Numbered from the stretch's first letter, positions 9,342 to 18,973 are shown. The stretch is 64,000 nucleotides of DNA from a virus (IMGVR_UViG_3300014205_000175:128001-192000); one strand, 5' to 3'. The notes: generated by a model not told the origin, from the sequence alone. Numbers and translations: made by a program.

Positions 9342-9557
9342 ATGGTCAGTAAGTTTAACGAACCAGAGCGCCGTGTGTACCTGCGTTATCTGCTCAATCG
9401 CCATCGCGACCAAGTCATTGTCACGCTCAAAGACGGTGCTTCAATCAGCGGTCAAGTGCTGATGTTCAGCCAAGGCATTGCCGTGATTAAGAAGTCGAGT
9501 CACGAGCTGGCGCAAGAAGTCGATTTCGACGACATCACCAACATCGAACTGGTTTGA
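9342..9557 (+). CDS. Hfq/Sm-like small protein
   Basis: YLRYLLNRHRDQVIVTLKDGASISGQVLMFSQGIAVIKK...QEVDFDDITNI aligns by eye with Hfq [37 protein letters not shown]...QMVYKHAISTV. Confidence 0.6.
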   Translation: MVSKFNEPERRVYLRYLLNRHRDQVIVTLKDGASISGQVLMFSQGIAVIKKSSHELAQEVDFDDITNIELV

Positions 9558-9580
9558 CCGCTAATTCACTAGGAGATATC

Positions 9581-9757
9581 GTGCAGCTTTTTCAACTGCG
9601 TGGCATTGACAAGAAAACCCATGTGACGCATGACATCTATGTCATCGCTCCCGATCAAGAGAACGCCATTGCGCGAGCGAGTAAATTTGCTACCGAACTC
9701 ATGTACATCGAAGCGCGTAGACTTGACGCGCAGTGGGACCGTTTTCATTGCAACTAA
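9581..9757 (+). CDS. Hypothetical protein
   Basis: GTG 9581 preceded by AGGAG. Confidence 0.55.
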   Translation: MQLFQLRGIDKKTHVTHDIYVIAPDQENAIARASKFATELMYIEARRLDAQWDRFHCN

Positions 9758-9773
9758 TCTGAGGAGTGTTAAA

Positions 9774-10139
9774 ATGTTTAAAGAACACGAATTCAAAACC
9801 CTGTGCGACGAGGCTCTCCAAGGAGCGCGGGCGCTTTTTCAAAAACGCTTCACGGAGAACGTCGGCGAGCTAATTACCAGCCGGCTCAAACAGCTCTTCG
9901 CCAGTAAGCGTGTCCGTAATCAGTTTCCCGAATATTACGGTAAGTGCGATGACTCTGGTTACGTTTACGATGAGATCGACAAGATGGTCACCGACAAAGT
10001 GTTCAGTGAGGACAATCAGGTCAAAATCAACGCCATCATCCAGCGCGAGTGGGATCAAATGCTGGAAAAAGCAACGCTCGAAGCGATGCAACATCATGCC
10101 CGCTCAATAGCTTTTAACCGAGTCAAAGAAACGAAGTAA
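9774..10139 (+). CDS. Hypothetical protein
   Basis: ATG 9774 preceded by GAGGAG. Confidence 0.7.
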   Translation: MFKEHEFKTLCDEALQGARALFQKRFTENVGELITSRLKQLFASKRVRNQFPEYYGKCDDSGYVYDEIDKMVTDKVFSEDNQVKINAIIQREWDQMLEKATLEAMQHHARSIAFNRVKETK

Positions 10140-10156
10140 CCTCAAAGACTGCCACT

Positions 10157-10715
10157 ACCGGTAGTTTTCTAACTCGCCCAAGGAGCTTCCAGCATGAAAC
10201 ACAAGATCCAAGCGCTCTACTCGTATATCTCGAAATTGCCCTCCGACAAAGCACGCGACATCGTACTCGATGAAGTCGAAATCTTGTTCAGCGAGCCTGA
10301 GCGGGACAATACGGACTCTTTCCGAGTTACGGTCTTTAATCGCACGACGAAATCCAAAATCGTGAGTTTTCACATCAACAGCTACGGAGGGGTTTATCAA
10401 AGCGACGACATCGATGTGACGCAGTACATCGAAGGCATGCTCCAGGAGACTGGACTGGCTCATGAATTTCCATGCGCGATCTCGGTCAAAGAGCTTGACC
10501 AGTATCCGGAGAACTGCAACCCTTTTCTTCACGATTTGTTTTCGATGGGGGCGGACATTTCCGGTGGATGGATGGCAATGCATTCCAATCATTTCGGCAA
10601 TGATCTTAATGGTCGGCCACATCCCGAACCGCAAACTATCGTGCTGGTAAACGTGCGCACGGGCCGTAGGTTCGAACTGGATATGACCGAAGCCAACAAA
10701 CCGGTAGTTTTCTAA
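10157..10715 (+). repeat. 16-bp exact direct repeat accggtagttttctaa (10157-10172 and 10700-10715) flanking one gene
   Basis: Two identical copies, each followed shortly by the shared AGGARCTTCC leader. Confidence 0.85.
10194..10715 (+). CDS. Hypothetical protein
   Basis: 173 aa with the conserved leader/RBS. Confidence 0.75.
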   Translation: MKHKIQALYSYISKLPSDKARDIVLDEVEILFSEPERDNTDSFRVTVFNRTTKSKIVSFHINSYGGVYQSDDIDVTQYIEGMLQETGLAHEFPCAISVKELDQYPENCNPFLHDLFSMGADISGGWMAMHSNHFGNDLNGRPHPEPQTIVLVNVRTGRRFELDMTEANKPVVF

Positions 10716-10738
10716 TCCCCTCATAAGGAACTTCCATC

Positions 10739-11257
10739 ATGCGCCAAAAACAACCACAGCACACCGATGATCTGTTCGATGGTCCCATGACGCTGTCTCG
10801 CTTCGAAGACATTTTGTGGGGTCACGAATGGTCCTTCATGGCCGAGAGTTTCCACGAACTCTTCCAGCGCCAGCAACGTGAGCAAGAACTCTTCCGCTTG
10901 GCGCGTCATAACGGCGTTAGTTACATGCGCGCCTATGCGCACGCGCAAGGAGCGACGATCTGTCGCATCAAACAAGAAGCGCAAGATATCAGCCACAAGC
11001 ATCTCAACGAATACTGGTCAAAGCGCCTTCAGACGGCAGAAGACACAGGAGACGCTGAGTTCGATGAGTTCCGGCGCTGGGTACGCAATCACGACTGGTA
11101 CTACGACTACTCAGACGACATCAACGTGTGGCGCTCTGGTCGCCAGCAAGCCGAGAAGATCCAAGCGGCGATCAAAAAGCATGGTGGCAAGTACCAGGAT
11201 TTCTACCGCTACATTTGTCAGCAACGCGAGAAAGTCGCAGCCGGCACACCGCTGTAA
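10739..11257 (+). CDS. Hypothetical protein with H(E/D)W repeat domains, paralog A
   Basis: HEWSFM...TAEDTGDAEFDEFRRWVRNHDWYYDYSDD...HGGKY. Confidence 0.75.
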   Translation: MRQKQPQHTDDLFDGPMTLSRFEDILWGHEWSFMAESFHELFQRQQREQELFRLARHNGVSYMRAYAHAQGATICRIKQEAQDISHKHLNEYWSKRLQTAEDTGDAEFDEFRRWVRNHDWYYDYSDDINVWRSGRQQAEKIQAAIKKHGGKYQDFYRYICQQREKVAAGTPL

Positions 11258-11439
11258 ACATACCCCTAGACCCCTCCGTGCGGAGGGGTTTTTCTTTACC
11301 CAGCGCTTCTCCCCGTCCTTTCCGTAACAGGAGAGGACGGGGATTCTTTTTTTAAAATAAAAACTAACCCACTCATATAACGTGAGGGTAGTCGCTAATT
11401 AAATGTTTTTTATTAACCCTCCGGCCGGGAAATATATCT

Positions 11440-11922
11440 ATGAACAATATCGCTTTCTCTTCTGATCCTCGCGTAGCACTTAAACAATACACTGACGTCA
11501 TGCATCGCCATGAGTGGTCTTTTATGACTACCGAGCCTAATGAAGTAGGTCGTCGTCATACCAAAGAACAAAGCCTACTGCTGGCAGCGCATCGTCACGG
11601 ACCGAAGTTCATGGCGATCTATGTGCGCTGGCAACAGTACGCGATCGGTCAGATCAAGGCTGAAGCCGAACGTCGTGCCCAGCGCGTAGCGACAGTGCAC
11701 TGGGAAGAACAGGTGCGTACCGCTGAAGACACCGGCGACTTGGAGTTCGACGAGTTTCGTAAACTCGTACGCAGTCACAACTGGAGCTACGCGAATTCCG
11801 ACAATCATCAAGAACGAATTCGAGGTAAGAAATCACACACTCTTCTTCAGATGATCATCGCTAAACAAGGAGGCAAATATCTCGACTACTACAACTACAT
11901 CGCTGATCAACACCAATATTAA
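11440..11922 (+). CDS. Hypothetical protein with H(E/N)W repeat domains, paralog B
   Basis: HEWSFM...TAEDTGDLEFDEFRKLVRSHNWSYANSD...QGGKY. Confidence 0.75.
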   Translation: MNNIAFSSDPRVALKQYTDVMHRHEWSFMTTEPNEVGRRHTKEQSLLLAAHRHGPKFMAIYVRWQQYAIGQIKAEAERRAQRVATVHWEEQVRTAEDTGDLEFDEFRKLVRSHNWSYANSDNHQERIRGKKSHTLLQMIIAKQGGKYLDYYNYIADQHQY

Positions 11923-11946
11923 ATATGGTTACCAGAAGGGTTAATC

Positions 11947-12249
11947 ATGCGCTCTCAGAACCGTATTCGTAAACTCATCACTGTGATTGAATGGGTTATG
12001 GAGCGGGTCGATCTAACTCGCTTCAAGCTCAGAATCTATCGCAACGAGTCACACAATACTACCCGTATCGAAGTGTGGAGTCTATCTGAGCGCGCTATTT
12101 ACATGGAGTGGATGGTGGAGTGGTACGGTACATTTGACGAACATATCGAGCTAGACGATCGACTGTGTCGGCCTGAGCTTTTGTTTGACGAGCAAAAAAA
12201 TACAAGCTTGCCTAATAAAATAGCAGAGACATCATTCGACAGAGTGTAA
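11947..12249 (+). CDS. Hypothetical protein
   Basis: 100-aa co-oriented ORF. Confidence 0.6.
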   Translation: MRSQNRIRKLITVIEWVMERVDLTRFKLRIYRNESHNTTRIEVWSLSERAIYMEWMVEWYGTFDEHIELDDRLCRPELLFDEQKNTSLPNKIAETSFDRV

Positions 12250-12352
12250 AACCTCTAAGATGCATAGTAGCGTTCATCTAAGAAACATGCCGATAGTGAG
12301 GGTAGGTTTCCTCTCTTAAGACATGTTTCTTTTTTTCTAAGGAAAAGGACCG

Positions 12353-12748
12353 ATGATACATGTTAGGGCTATGATCCGAGGCATCAATTACAATACCGAG
12401 ATATCAAATCTAATCCATGCCGTCGACGGTAGTGTTAATCAAGAGCTATACTACACTATCACTAAGAGATTTTTTCTCGTGCAGCGTGATGAATATTCGA
12501 GCAGCTCTGATACCATTGTTCCTTTGACTGAAATAGAAGCACACGAGTGGTTGTTTAAACATGCACGATGCAAGCTAGCTGAGCTGCTACGCTCTAGTCG
12601 TGGCACTTCGGGTACTACGATGCGCATGAAAAAAGAATACAAAGACGCGCTGCAACTGATGGCGCTGCTAGAGCAAACCTCAATGAACGCTTTTTGTACA
12701 CGAATATTGAATAAAGCGGCTGAAGAGTTCATTCAAAGCTTAAAATGA
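12353..12748 (+). CDS. Putative DNA-binding protein with a C-terminal ribbon-helix-helix (HicB-C/Arc-like)
   Basis: TTMRMKKEYKDALQLMALLEQTSMNAFCTRIL. Confidence 0.6.
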   Translation: MIHVRAMIRGINYNTEISNLIHAVDGSVNQELYYTITKRFFLVQRDEYSSSSDTIVPLTEIEAHEWLFKHARCKLAELLRSSRGTSGTTMRMKKEYKDALQLMALLEQTSMNAFCTRILNKAAEEFIQSLK

Positions 12749-12832
12749 ATCAGGTGCAGAGAGCTGCGGCTCTCTGCACACTTTTTCTGCTAACGTCCAA
12801 TATAGTGGTCAATACTAACACGGATTAACAAC

Positions 12833-13366
12833 ATGAATACCGAATATGCAACGTATCAAAATGGCCTTAAGTTCCGTCACCGAGTAGAGACTTACGCGAT
12901 GCAAGGTTCGTCCATTTTGGCGATCTCTAAAGGAGCGCGCAGTCTACCTGAGATGCCCGGTGGTGGACTCGATGCAGGTGAGAGCATCGAAGTCGCCGGT
13001 CTCAGAGAGCTGATGGAAGAAGCTGGCTGGGCGGGTACTAATCCACGACAGGTAGAAATGGATGGGTCGTGGGTGTGTGATGTGACCAACGATCTGTGGT
13101 TAGCCGAAGCGGGCTGGTCCCGTGAGGTGCAGTATGCCGTAGCGTGCGAAGTGACTGGTTTCGCACCGACGGCACAGTACGGTTCAGAGAACGACCACCT
13201 TACGTTCACGCTATTGCCGGCGGAAAAAGTATTCGATGAGACGCATGCGTTTTTGTTCCATACCGCTAATACCCCGCGTAAAATCTTGCAAGCACAATTC
13301 CGACTTCGCGTGTTAGAGATTTTGTTTCCGGAGCTGGTACGTCCGCACGTTTTTAAACAATGGTGA
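12833..13366 (+). CDS. NUDIX hydrolase
   Basis: Nudix box PGGGLDAGESIEVAGLRELMEEAG. Confidence 0.9.
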   Translation: MNTEYATYQNGLKFRHRVETYAMQGSSILAISKGARSLPEMPGGGLDAGESIEVAGLRELMEEAGWAGTNPRQVEMDGSWVCDVTNDLWLAEAGWSREVQYAVACEVTGFAPTAQYGSENDHLTFTLLPAEKVFDETHAFLFHTANTPRKILQAQFRLRVLEILFPELVRPHVFKQW

Positions 13367-13379
13367 ATTAAAAAATAAA

Positions 13380-13799
13380 ATGCCTCAAGAAGAAATCATA
13401 AGACCTGAGGGTGGTGAAAGTGATTTTGCCAATGCCGTGACCGGACATATCGTGGCTGGTACTGATGTCATCGCTCGTGGCATGTATCGACAAAAATACT
13501 ACGTCGTCACGCGCGACGGTAAAGTAGTGTTCAAACCGAAGATCGCGACTTATGTTTTCGACATCTATAACCTCCTCATTCCAGCTGAGGTCGTAGAAGT
13601 GTCGGTGTGGAACAAACACCTGCTCGATCGTAAGGGTTCAATCAGACTGAGTGTTAATCACAAACTAAAACTCATTCGTGATTTTACCCTCAGCGCGGCA
13701 GCCGGTAAAATCGATCTGATGGCCGGCACTGAGTTACAGTTAAAAAACATCGCGTTTGCTGCACGTATTTTTTCGTTGGCAGTGTTCTTGCCTGATTGA
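13380..13799 (+). CDS. Hypothetical protein
   Basis: 139-aa co-oriented ORF. Confidence 0.6.
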   Translation: MPQEEIIRPEGGESDFANAVTGHIVAGTDVIARGMYRQKYYVVTRDGKVVFKPKIATYVFDIYNLLIPAEVVEVSVWNKHLLDRKGSIRLSVNHKLKLIRDFTLSAAAGKIDLMAGTELQLKNIAFAARIFSLAVFLPD

Positions 13800-13830
13800 G
13801 TCTTTGCTGCATCATACCTGATACAGCTAT

Positions 13831-13850
13831 AGCTACATATTTAGTACTTG
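13831..13850 (+). promoter_or_regulatory. Putative early promoter upstream of nvRNAP beta'
   Basis: agctacatatttagtacttg. Confidence 0.7.
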
Positions 13851-14028
13851 AGAAGGGTAGCAGTTTTTAGACACGACATCTTCTCCGAGCTCATAGGCTT
13901 GGAGAAGATGTTAAAAATCACGAGAGGAGTGTCATATAGTATATAGCGTGTAATTTTTAGGTTCATGAGTTATCGGATGGCTGTAGGTACGAATCAGCCC
14001 TTTAATACTAACAAAGCAAGGAGATGAA

Positions 14029-16071
14029 ATGCATCTAGCGAGAGATCTATTAAAATATACCACCGAACAACTATGGGCTAATCTAACTCCGGGAAGATGT
14101 CGCGTGACTTTCGACGATGGCGAAATCATCGAGACCAATGATCGGGAGATTTTGTTCTCGTCGTACTGCTGGGAGTTTCATCGCCAGTACCCCGATACCC
14201 CGCTGCTCAAAAAGCATCACTTGCAGGAGGTGTTGCGCGGCAGGTCGTTCAACGATAGCTCTCACTATAAGCTACTGGAGATCATTTACTGGGATGTCGC
14301 AGCTGTCTATCACCTGCATACGCCGGCAGCGCGTGATCACATTACACGGCTGGTCTACCAGATCACAAACACTATCTATAACGATCTCACTCATCGCTTA
14401 GAAGAATACGTGGTGTCGCTGGACATTCTGGACTTTTTGGAGGCAGCCGATAGCCCTAATATTAGTGCGGCCTTGGACGCCATGCAACCCAACCCCAAAT
14501 CGATCGAGCATACTTATGAAGTGATCGGTGAGGAGCTAGGTAAGAGCGCTACGCTGGCACATAACGCACTAGCGCTTTTTACGCGCTCTGGGGTAGTCAA
14601 ACAAAGCCAGGTGTTGCAGTGCATCGGTCCGCGTGGTTATGTCACTGAAGTCGATGGCAGTCACATGGAGGTGCCGATTCTACGTAGCTTCACCAAAGGC
14701 ATGCGTAGTTTATATAACATGGCGTTAGAGTCGCGGGCTGCTAGTAAGAGTCTGTATTTCTCCGAGGCACCGCTACAAGACAGCGAATACTTCTCCCGTA
14801 AACTGCAGCTCATGACGATGGCAGTGGAATATCTCGAACGAGGCCCGATTGCGGCTCCGGGGGAAAACACCATGGGCATCGCACTGGGTAACTGCTGCAG
14901 CACTGATTATCTCGTGTGGCGGGTGCGTGGCGAAGAGCGTGTTAACGATGAAGTCATCTACAAAGGCGATTTGGAGTTTCTCGACGGTAAGTACTACGTT
15001 AACGAGACGACGGGATTGCTGGAACGACTCAACCGGTCGGACTATCATCTCGTAGGTAAAACCATCAAGCTGCGTACGGTGCTAGGATGCAAACACCATG
15101 ACAGTCACGGTGTATGTAGTGTGTGCTTCGGTGGGCTAGGGGATAACATCTCGCCTTATGCCAACTTGGGTCATATTTGTAGCGCGATGATGACGCAGCA
15201 GTCTACTCAGTCAGTGCTCTCGACCAAACACTTAATGACTAGTAGCGTTGTGGAAGCCATTATGCTAACCGATCTGGCACGACGTTTCTTCAAAGTCGGT
15301 AGCAAAGGTGATACCTATCTGCTGCTACCCGAGTGGCGTAATAAGCCTTTCAAACTTATCGTTTCGTCACAAGAGGCTTATGGTCTTACCGACATTGCTC
15401 TAGTCGATAACGTAGTAGACATCAACCCATCGCGTATTTCGGCAGTCGAGATCGTTGAAGTGATGGTGGGTACTGATGAAGCCCACGAGCGCCACCCGAT
15501 CATCGTTTCACATCACAGTCGCAAAGCGGTTTTCACCAGTGAGCTACTCCAGCATTTAAAGACTTATCACTGGCAGACCGATGGCACTGGTAACTTCGTT
15601 ATCGATTTTAGCCACTGGGATTATTCGAAACCTATTCTGCGTTTACCGCAAAAGGAGTATAGCTATGCTAAGCACGCTAGCGAGATCTCGCGTATTGTCG
15701 AGTCTCGAGTCAAAGACATCACGATGCGTAGCAAGCCCGATTCACCCAAAGCCACACTGATGGAGCTCTTCGAGTTGGTGAATTCCAAACTGTCGGTCAA
15801 CATCGCATGTTTGGAAGTGATCATTTACACTGTCATGTGTAAGAACACCACTGACGATAACTACGCGCTGGTGCGTAACGCTGAGAATGCTGGGCTGGGA
15901 GTTATTGATCCTATCATCTCTGGACGGTCGTTGTCAGCAGTCTACGCTTATGAGTCGCAGTACAAAGTCATTCTCGACCCGAAGTCGTTCTTCCCGCAAA
16001 ACCGTAACGACCATCTGCTCGACGTATTTATCGCGCCGGCTGAGGTAGTAGCACACTACAAATCCCGTTAA
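14029..16071 (+). CDS. Non-virion RNA polymerase beta' subunit, C-terminal part (phiKZ gp74-like)
   Basis: QCIGPRG, RSFTKGM, bridge-helix-like SEYFSRKLQ, Zn site CKH...GVCSVCFG, trigger-loop-like TQQSTQSVLSTKH. Confidence 0.88.
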   Translation: MHLARDLLKYTTEQLWANLTPGRCRVTFDDGEIIETNDREILFSSYCWEFHRQYPDTPLLKKHHLQEVLRGRSFNDSSHYKLLEIIYWDVAAVYHLHTPAARDHITRLVYQITNTIYNDLTHRLEEYVVSLDILDFLEAADSPNISAALDAMQPNPKSIEHTYEVIGEELGKSATLAHNALALFTRSGVVKQSQVLQCIGPRGYVTEVDGSHMEVPILRSFTKGMRSLYNMALESRAASKSLYFSEAPLQDSEYFSRKLQLMTMAVEYLERGPIAAPGENTMGIALGNCCSTDYLVWRVRGEERVNDEVIYKGDLEFLDGKYYVNETTGLLERLNRSDYHLVGKTIKLRTVLGCKHHDSHGVCSVCFGGLGDNISPYANLGHICSAMMTQQSTQSVLSTKHLMTSSVVEAIMLTDLARRFFKVGSKGDTYLLLPEWRNKPFKLIVSSQEAYGLTDIALVDNVVDINPSRISAVEIVEVMVGTDEAHERHPIIVSHHSRKAVFTSELLQHLKTYHWQTDGTGNFVIDFSHWDYSKPILRLPQKEYSYAKHASEISRIVESRVKDITMRSKPDSPKATLMELFELVNSKLSVNIACLEVIIYTVMCKNTTDDNYALVRNAENAGLGVIDPIISGRSLSAVYAYESQYKVILDPKSFFPQNRNDHLLDVFIAPAEVVAHYKSR

Positions 16072-16126
16072 CGCATCGAACAGCCGCCGGTATAAGGGCG
16101 GCTGTTTTTCTTTTAGAGGGGGTCTG

Positions 16127-18475
16127 ATGCCGATCCATATCGAAAAATATAGTCACTTCCTAGTCATCAGAAATCCTCCGAACTGGGTCATTCCATACCT
16201 GCACGAGTTTTCTAAGTTGTACACTATGAAGACTTTTGTTAAAACACCAGGAGCTAACACTCTAGCACTACAGCCAGGTAAGGTGTTCGCTTCGCGTTAC
16301 GGCCGAGAGTACAAGCTCCACGCCAACCAGCTCGATCACCTCTTAGCGTTTTTTCGTAAACAAGGGATCGATGGCTCGCATTTTAACGTGACTGCCAATA
16401 CGCCTCCCGAAGGGGTCGATGTCAATATCCCGATTCGCGATGGCTGGGTGTTGAAGGACTACCAAGTCGGAGTGGTCGATTACGTCGCCAGTGATGATGA
16501 CACTGCCACCAAGCTCGTAGCACTGCAAACGGGTAAAGGTAAAATGCAGCCCTTGGATGCTAAGATCAAGATTCCGGGCGGCTGGACGACGATGGGGGAT
16601 GTAAAGGTAGGCGATACAGTCACTGCTAAAGACGGCACGCCTACTCGGGTGATAGGTGTATTCCCTAATGGCGTGCAACCGATCTACCGGGTAACTTTCG
16701 CTGATGGTAGATCTACCGAGTGCGGCGGTGAACATCTATGGCGGGTTTATTACCTCAGCGCTTCACAGCAGTGGGAGTGCCGAGTTGCCGATACACATGA
16801 GGTGACGCGGCTCATCTTAATACCTAATTCACGTGTGTATATTGACCTCATCGATGCCGAGGAAGGTACGGACGCGGATCTTCCGGCAGACCCTTATGTA
16901 AGAGGGGTTACCCTAGGGGAAAACCATGAGGAACCCATACCTGAAATCTACCTAAAGGGATCAAGGTGGCAAAAATTTGCTCTGTTGCAGGGGTTAATGG
17001 ATACGGACGGAGTAGTTCATCGGTCTGATTCGATATCTTACACCACTACTCGTTTAAGGCGTGCTCATGCGGTCGCGGATTTAGTCAGGTCTCTGGGCGG
17101 GTTTGCTGCTGTAGGTATTGGCTCCATTTACCGTTATCGAGACGGTGAGGTTTATTACAAGATAGATATCCGGTACAGAGAACCTAGTGAATTATTTAGG
17201 CTCCCGTGGAAAAAAAGTCAGACTGGTGATTATAACCTCTGCGCTGAGACACTGAAACTTCGCGTAGCTAAGATAGATTACATAGGAGAAAAGGAGGCTC
17301 AATGTATCTCGATCGAACATCCTGAGCATCTGTATGTGACGGACGATTACATCGTTACGCATAATACGTTTTGCTCACTCGCCGCGATCAGTCGTCTGGG
17401 TAAGCGTACTGCGGTAGTGATCCTACCCACCTATATCGAGAAGTGGTGTAGTGACATCAGTAAGATTCTCAACATCGATGCCAAAGACATCATGGTGGTG
17501 CAAGGCTCGTCGCACCTCAAGGGGCTGATCTCGCTGGCTCAAGACGGTGGTTTCTACAGTCCGTTTGTCATCATCTCGTCCCGCACTCTACAGAACTTCA
17601 TCACTGGGTTCGAGTCAGAAGATGGTGAGCAGATCACGGAGGATTACGGTATTCGTCCTGATGAGCTGTGGCCGCTATTGGGTATCGGTACATTATTAAT
17701 CGATGAGACGCACCAGCACATCCATGCGATGTTCAAGATGCTCTTACACAGCCACGTCAAACGTCTCATTGGGCTGACGGCCACGCTGATCTCAGATAAC
17801 TACACCGTGGAGAAGATCCATAAGGTCATGTACCCGGTCGAAACCCGTTACAACAACCTCGAATTCGATCGCTACATCCACGTCTTCGCTATCAGCTACC
17901 CGACTTCTGACATCCGTGCTGCCAAACTGCGTACCAGTGAGTGGGGTTCGAACGTTTATTCGCATAACGCCTACGAACGTTCGATTCTTTCCAAACCTCA
18001 TTTGGCCAGCAACTACCTCAAGATCATCGATTACCTAGTACTCACAGGCTATGTCGAAGAACATATGGCAGGCGACAAGCTTGCGATCTTCGCCTCCAGC
18101 ATCGCGATGTGCGATAAGATCGTAGGCTATCTCAAATACAAATATCCGCAATACGACATCAGGAGGTACTGCGAAGCTGATCCTTACGAGAACGTTATCG
18201 ACGCGGACATCCGTGTCACTACGATCATCTCTAGCGGCACAGCGATCGATATACCCGGCTTACGCACGGTGATTCTTACCAACAGTATCGCTAGCTCGGT
18301 CTCCAACCTACAAGTGTTGGGACGACTGCGTAAGCTACCGGATCGGGAAGTCAAGTTCTACTACTTGTATAACGAACACATCCCTAAACAAGTCGACTAC
18401 CATCGACGCAAGATGGAGCTCATCCGTGACAAATCCGCATCGATCAAAGAGCTGCGTTCTCCGGTGAGTCTGTAA
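16127..18475 (+). CDS. SF2 (UvsW/XPB-like) helicase, phiKZ gp75-like, with intein
   Basis: Q motif LKDYQ, Walker A TGKGK|T split by the intein, DETH, GLTAT, TAIDIPGL, QVLGRLR. Confidence 0.9.
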   Translation: MPIHIEKYSHFLVIRNPPNWVIPYLHEFSKLYTMKTFVKTPGANTLALQPGKVFASRYGREYKLHANQLDHLLAFFRKQGIDGSHFNVTANTPPEGVDVNIPIRDGWVLKDYQVGVVDYVASDDDTATKLVALQTGKGKMQPLDAKIKIPGGWTTMGDVKVGDTVTAKDGTPTRVIGVFPNGVQPIYRVTFADGRSTECGGEHLWRVYYLSASQQWECRVADTHEVTRLILIPNSRVYIDLIDAEEGTDADLPADPYVRGVTLGENHEEPIPEIYLKGSRWQKFALLQGLMDTDGVVHRSDSISYTTTRLRRAHAVADLVRSLGGFAAVGIGSIYRYRDGEVYYKIDIRYREPSELFRLPWKKSQTGDYNLCAETLKLRVAKIDYIGEKEAQCISIEHPEHLYVTDDYIVTHNTFCSLAAISRLGKRTAVVILPTYIEKWCSDISKILNIDAKDIMVVQGSSHLKGLISLAQDGGFYSPFVIISSRTLQNFITGFESEDGEQITEDYGIRPDELWPLLGIGTLLIDETHQHIHAMFKMLLHSHVKRLIGLTATLISDNYTVEKIHKVMYPVETRYNNLEFDRYIHVFAISYPTSDIRAAKLRTSEWGSNVYSHNAYERSILSKPHLASNYLKIIDYLVLTGYVEEHMAGDKLAIFASSIAMCDKIVGYLKYKYPQYDIRRYCEADPYENVIDADIRVTTIISSGTAIDIPGLRTVILTNSIASSVSNLQVLGRLRKLPDREVKFYYLYNEHIPKQVDYHRRKMELIRDKSASIKELRSPVSL
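16544..17365 (+). mobile_element. Class 3 intein (274 aa), Met N-terminus, degenerate LAGLIDADG endonuclease
   Basis: Starts MQPLDAKI (no Cys/Ser). WCT triplet: EHLW (block B), AQCISI (block F), IVTHN (block G); +1 Thr. LLQGLMDTDG is retained but the first LAGLIDADG motif is eroded (PYVRGVTLGEN). Confidence 0.88.
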
Positions 18476-18553
18476 GTAGCATAATATGGACCCACACATC
18501 TCCTCTCCCCCGCTAGCCCGTCAGGACTAGTGAGGGAGAGGAGGTGCATCATA

Positions 18554-18973
18554 TCACTGCCATTTTTTTGGTCCGAAAAGGTTCAGTCCTAGCGCATAGA
18601 GATTCGCCAGCCAACTAGGTGATTCATATTCGTGCATGAGTTGCTTAAATAGCGCGATACTGTTTTCTTTGGTCATGCCTTGGATCTCGTTACGGTACTG
18701 ACACAGCGCGTCGTGTACGAGTGTCGCTTTCATCGTGCTAGGCATGCCTTGAGTGTTGCTCGGACCATCCCAGATACCGAGCCATAGCCCCTTTGGTAGC
18801 ACCTCCCCCATCGGGATGCGGTACGACGGCGTACAGCCATCCCACGCATAGCCTTTGCGAATGAAGATGCGAGCATTCCGAATAATAACCCAATGACTAT
18901 CGAACGTGACGCCTATCAAATACGGCGATGTTAGTTCAAAGTCTTCAGCTAGTTTGTAACGCCATTTCGACAT
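18554..18973 (-). CDS. DUF1353-like protein
   Basis: RKGYAWDGCT...KATLVHDALCQY...LFKQLM. Confidence 0.6.
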   Translation of the reverse strand: MSKWRYKLAEDFELTSPYLIGVTFDSHWVIIRNARIFIRKGYAWDGCTPSYRIPMGEVLPKGLWLGIWDGPSNTQGMPSTMKATLVHDALCQYRNEIQGMTKENSIALFKQLMHEYESPSWLANLYALGLNLFGPKKWQ

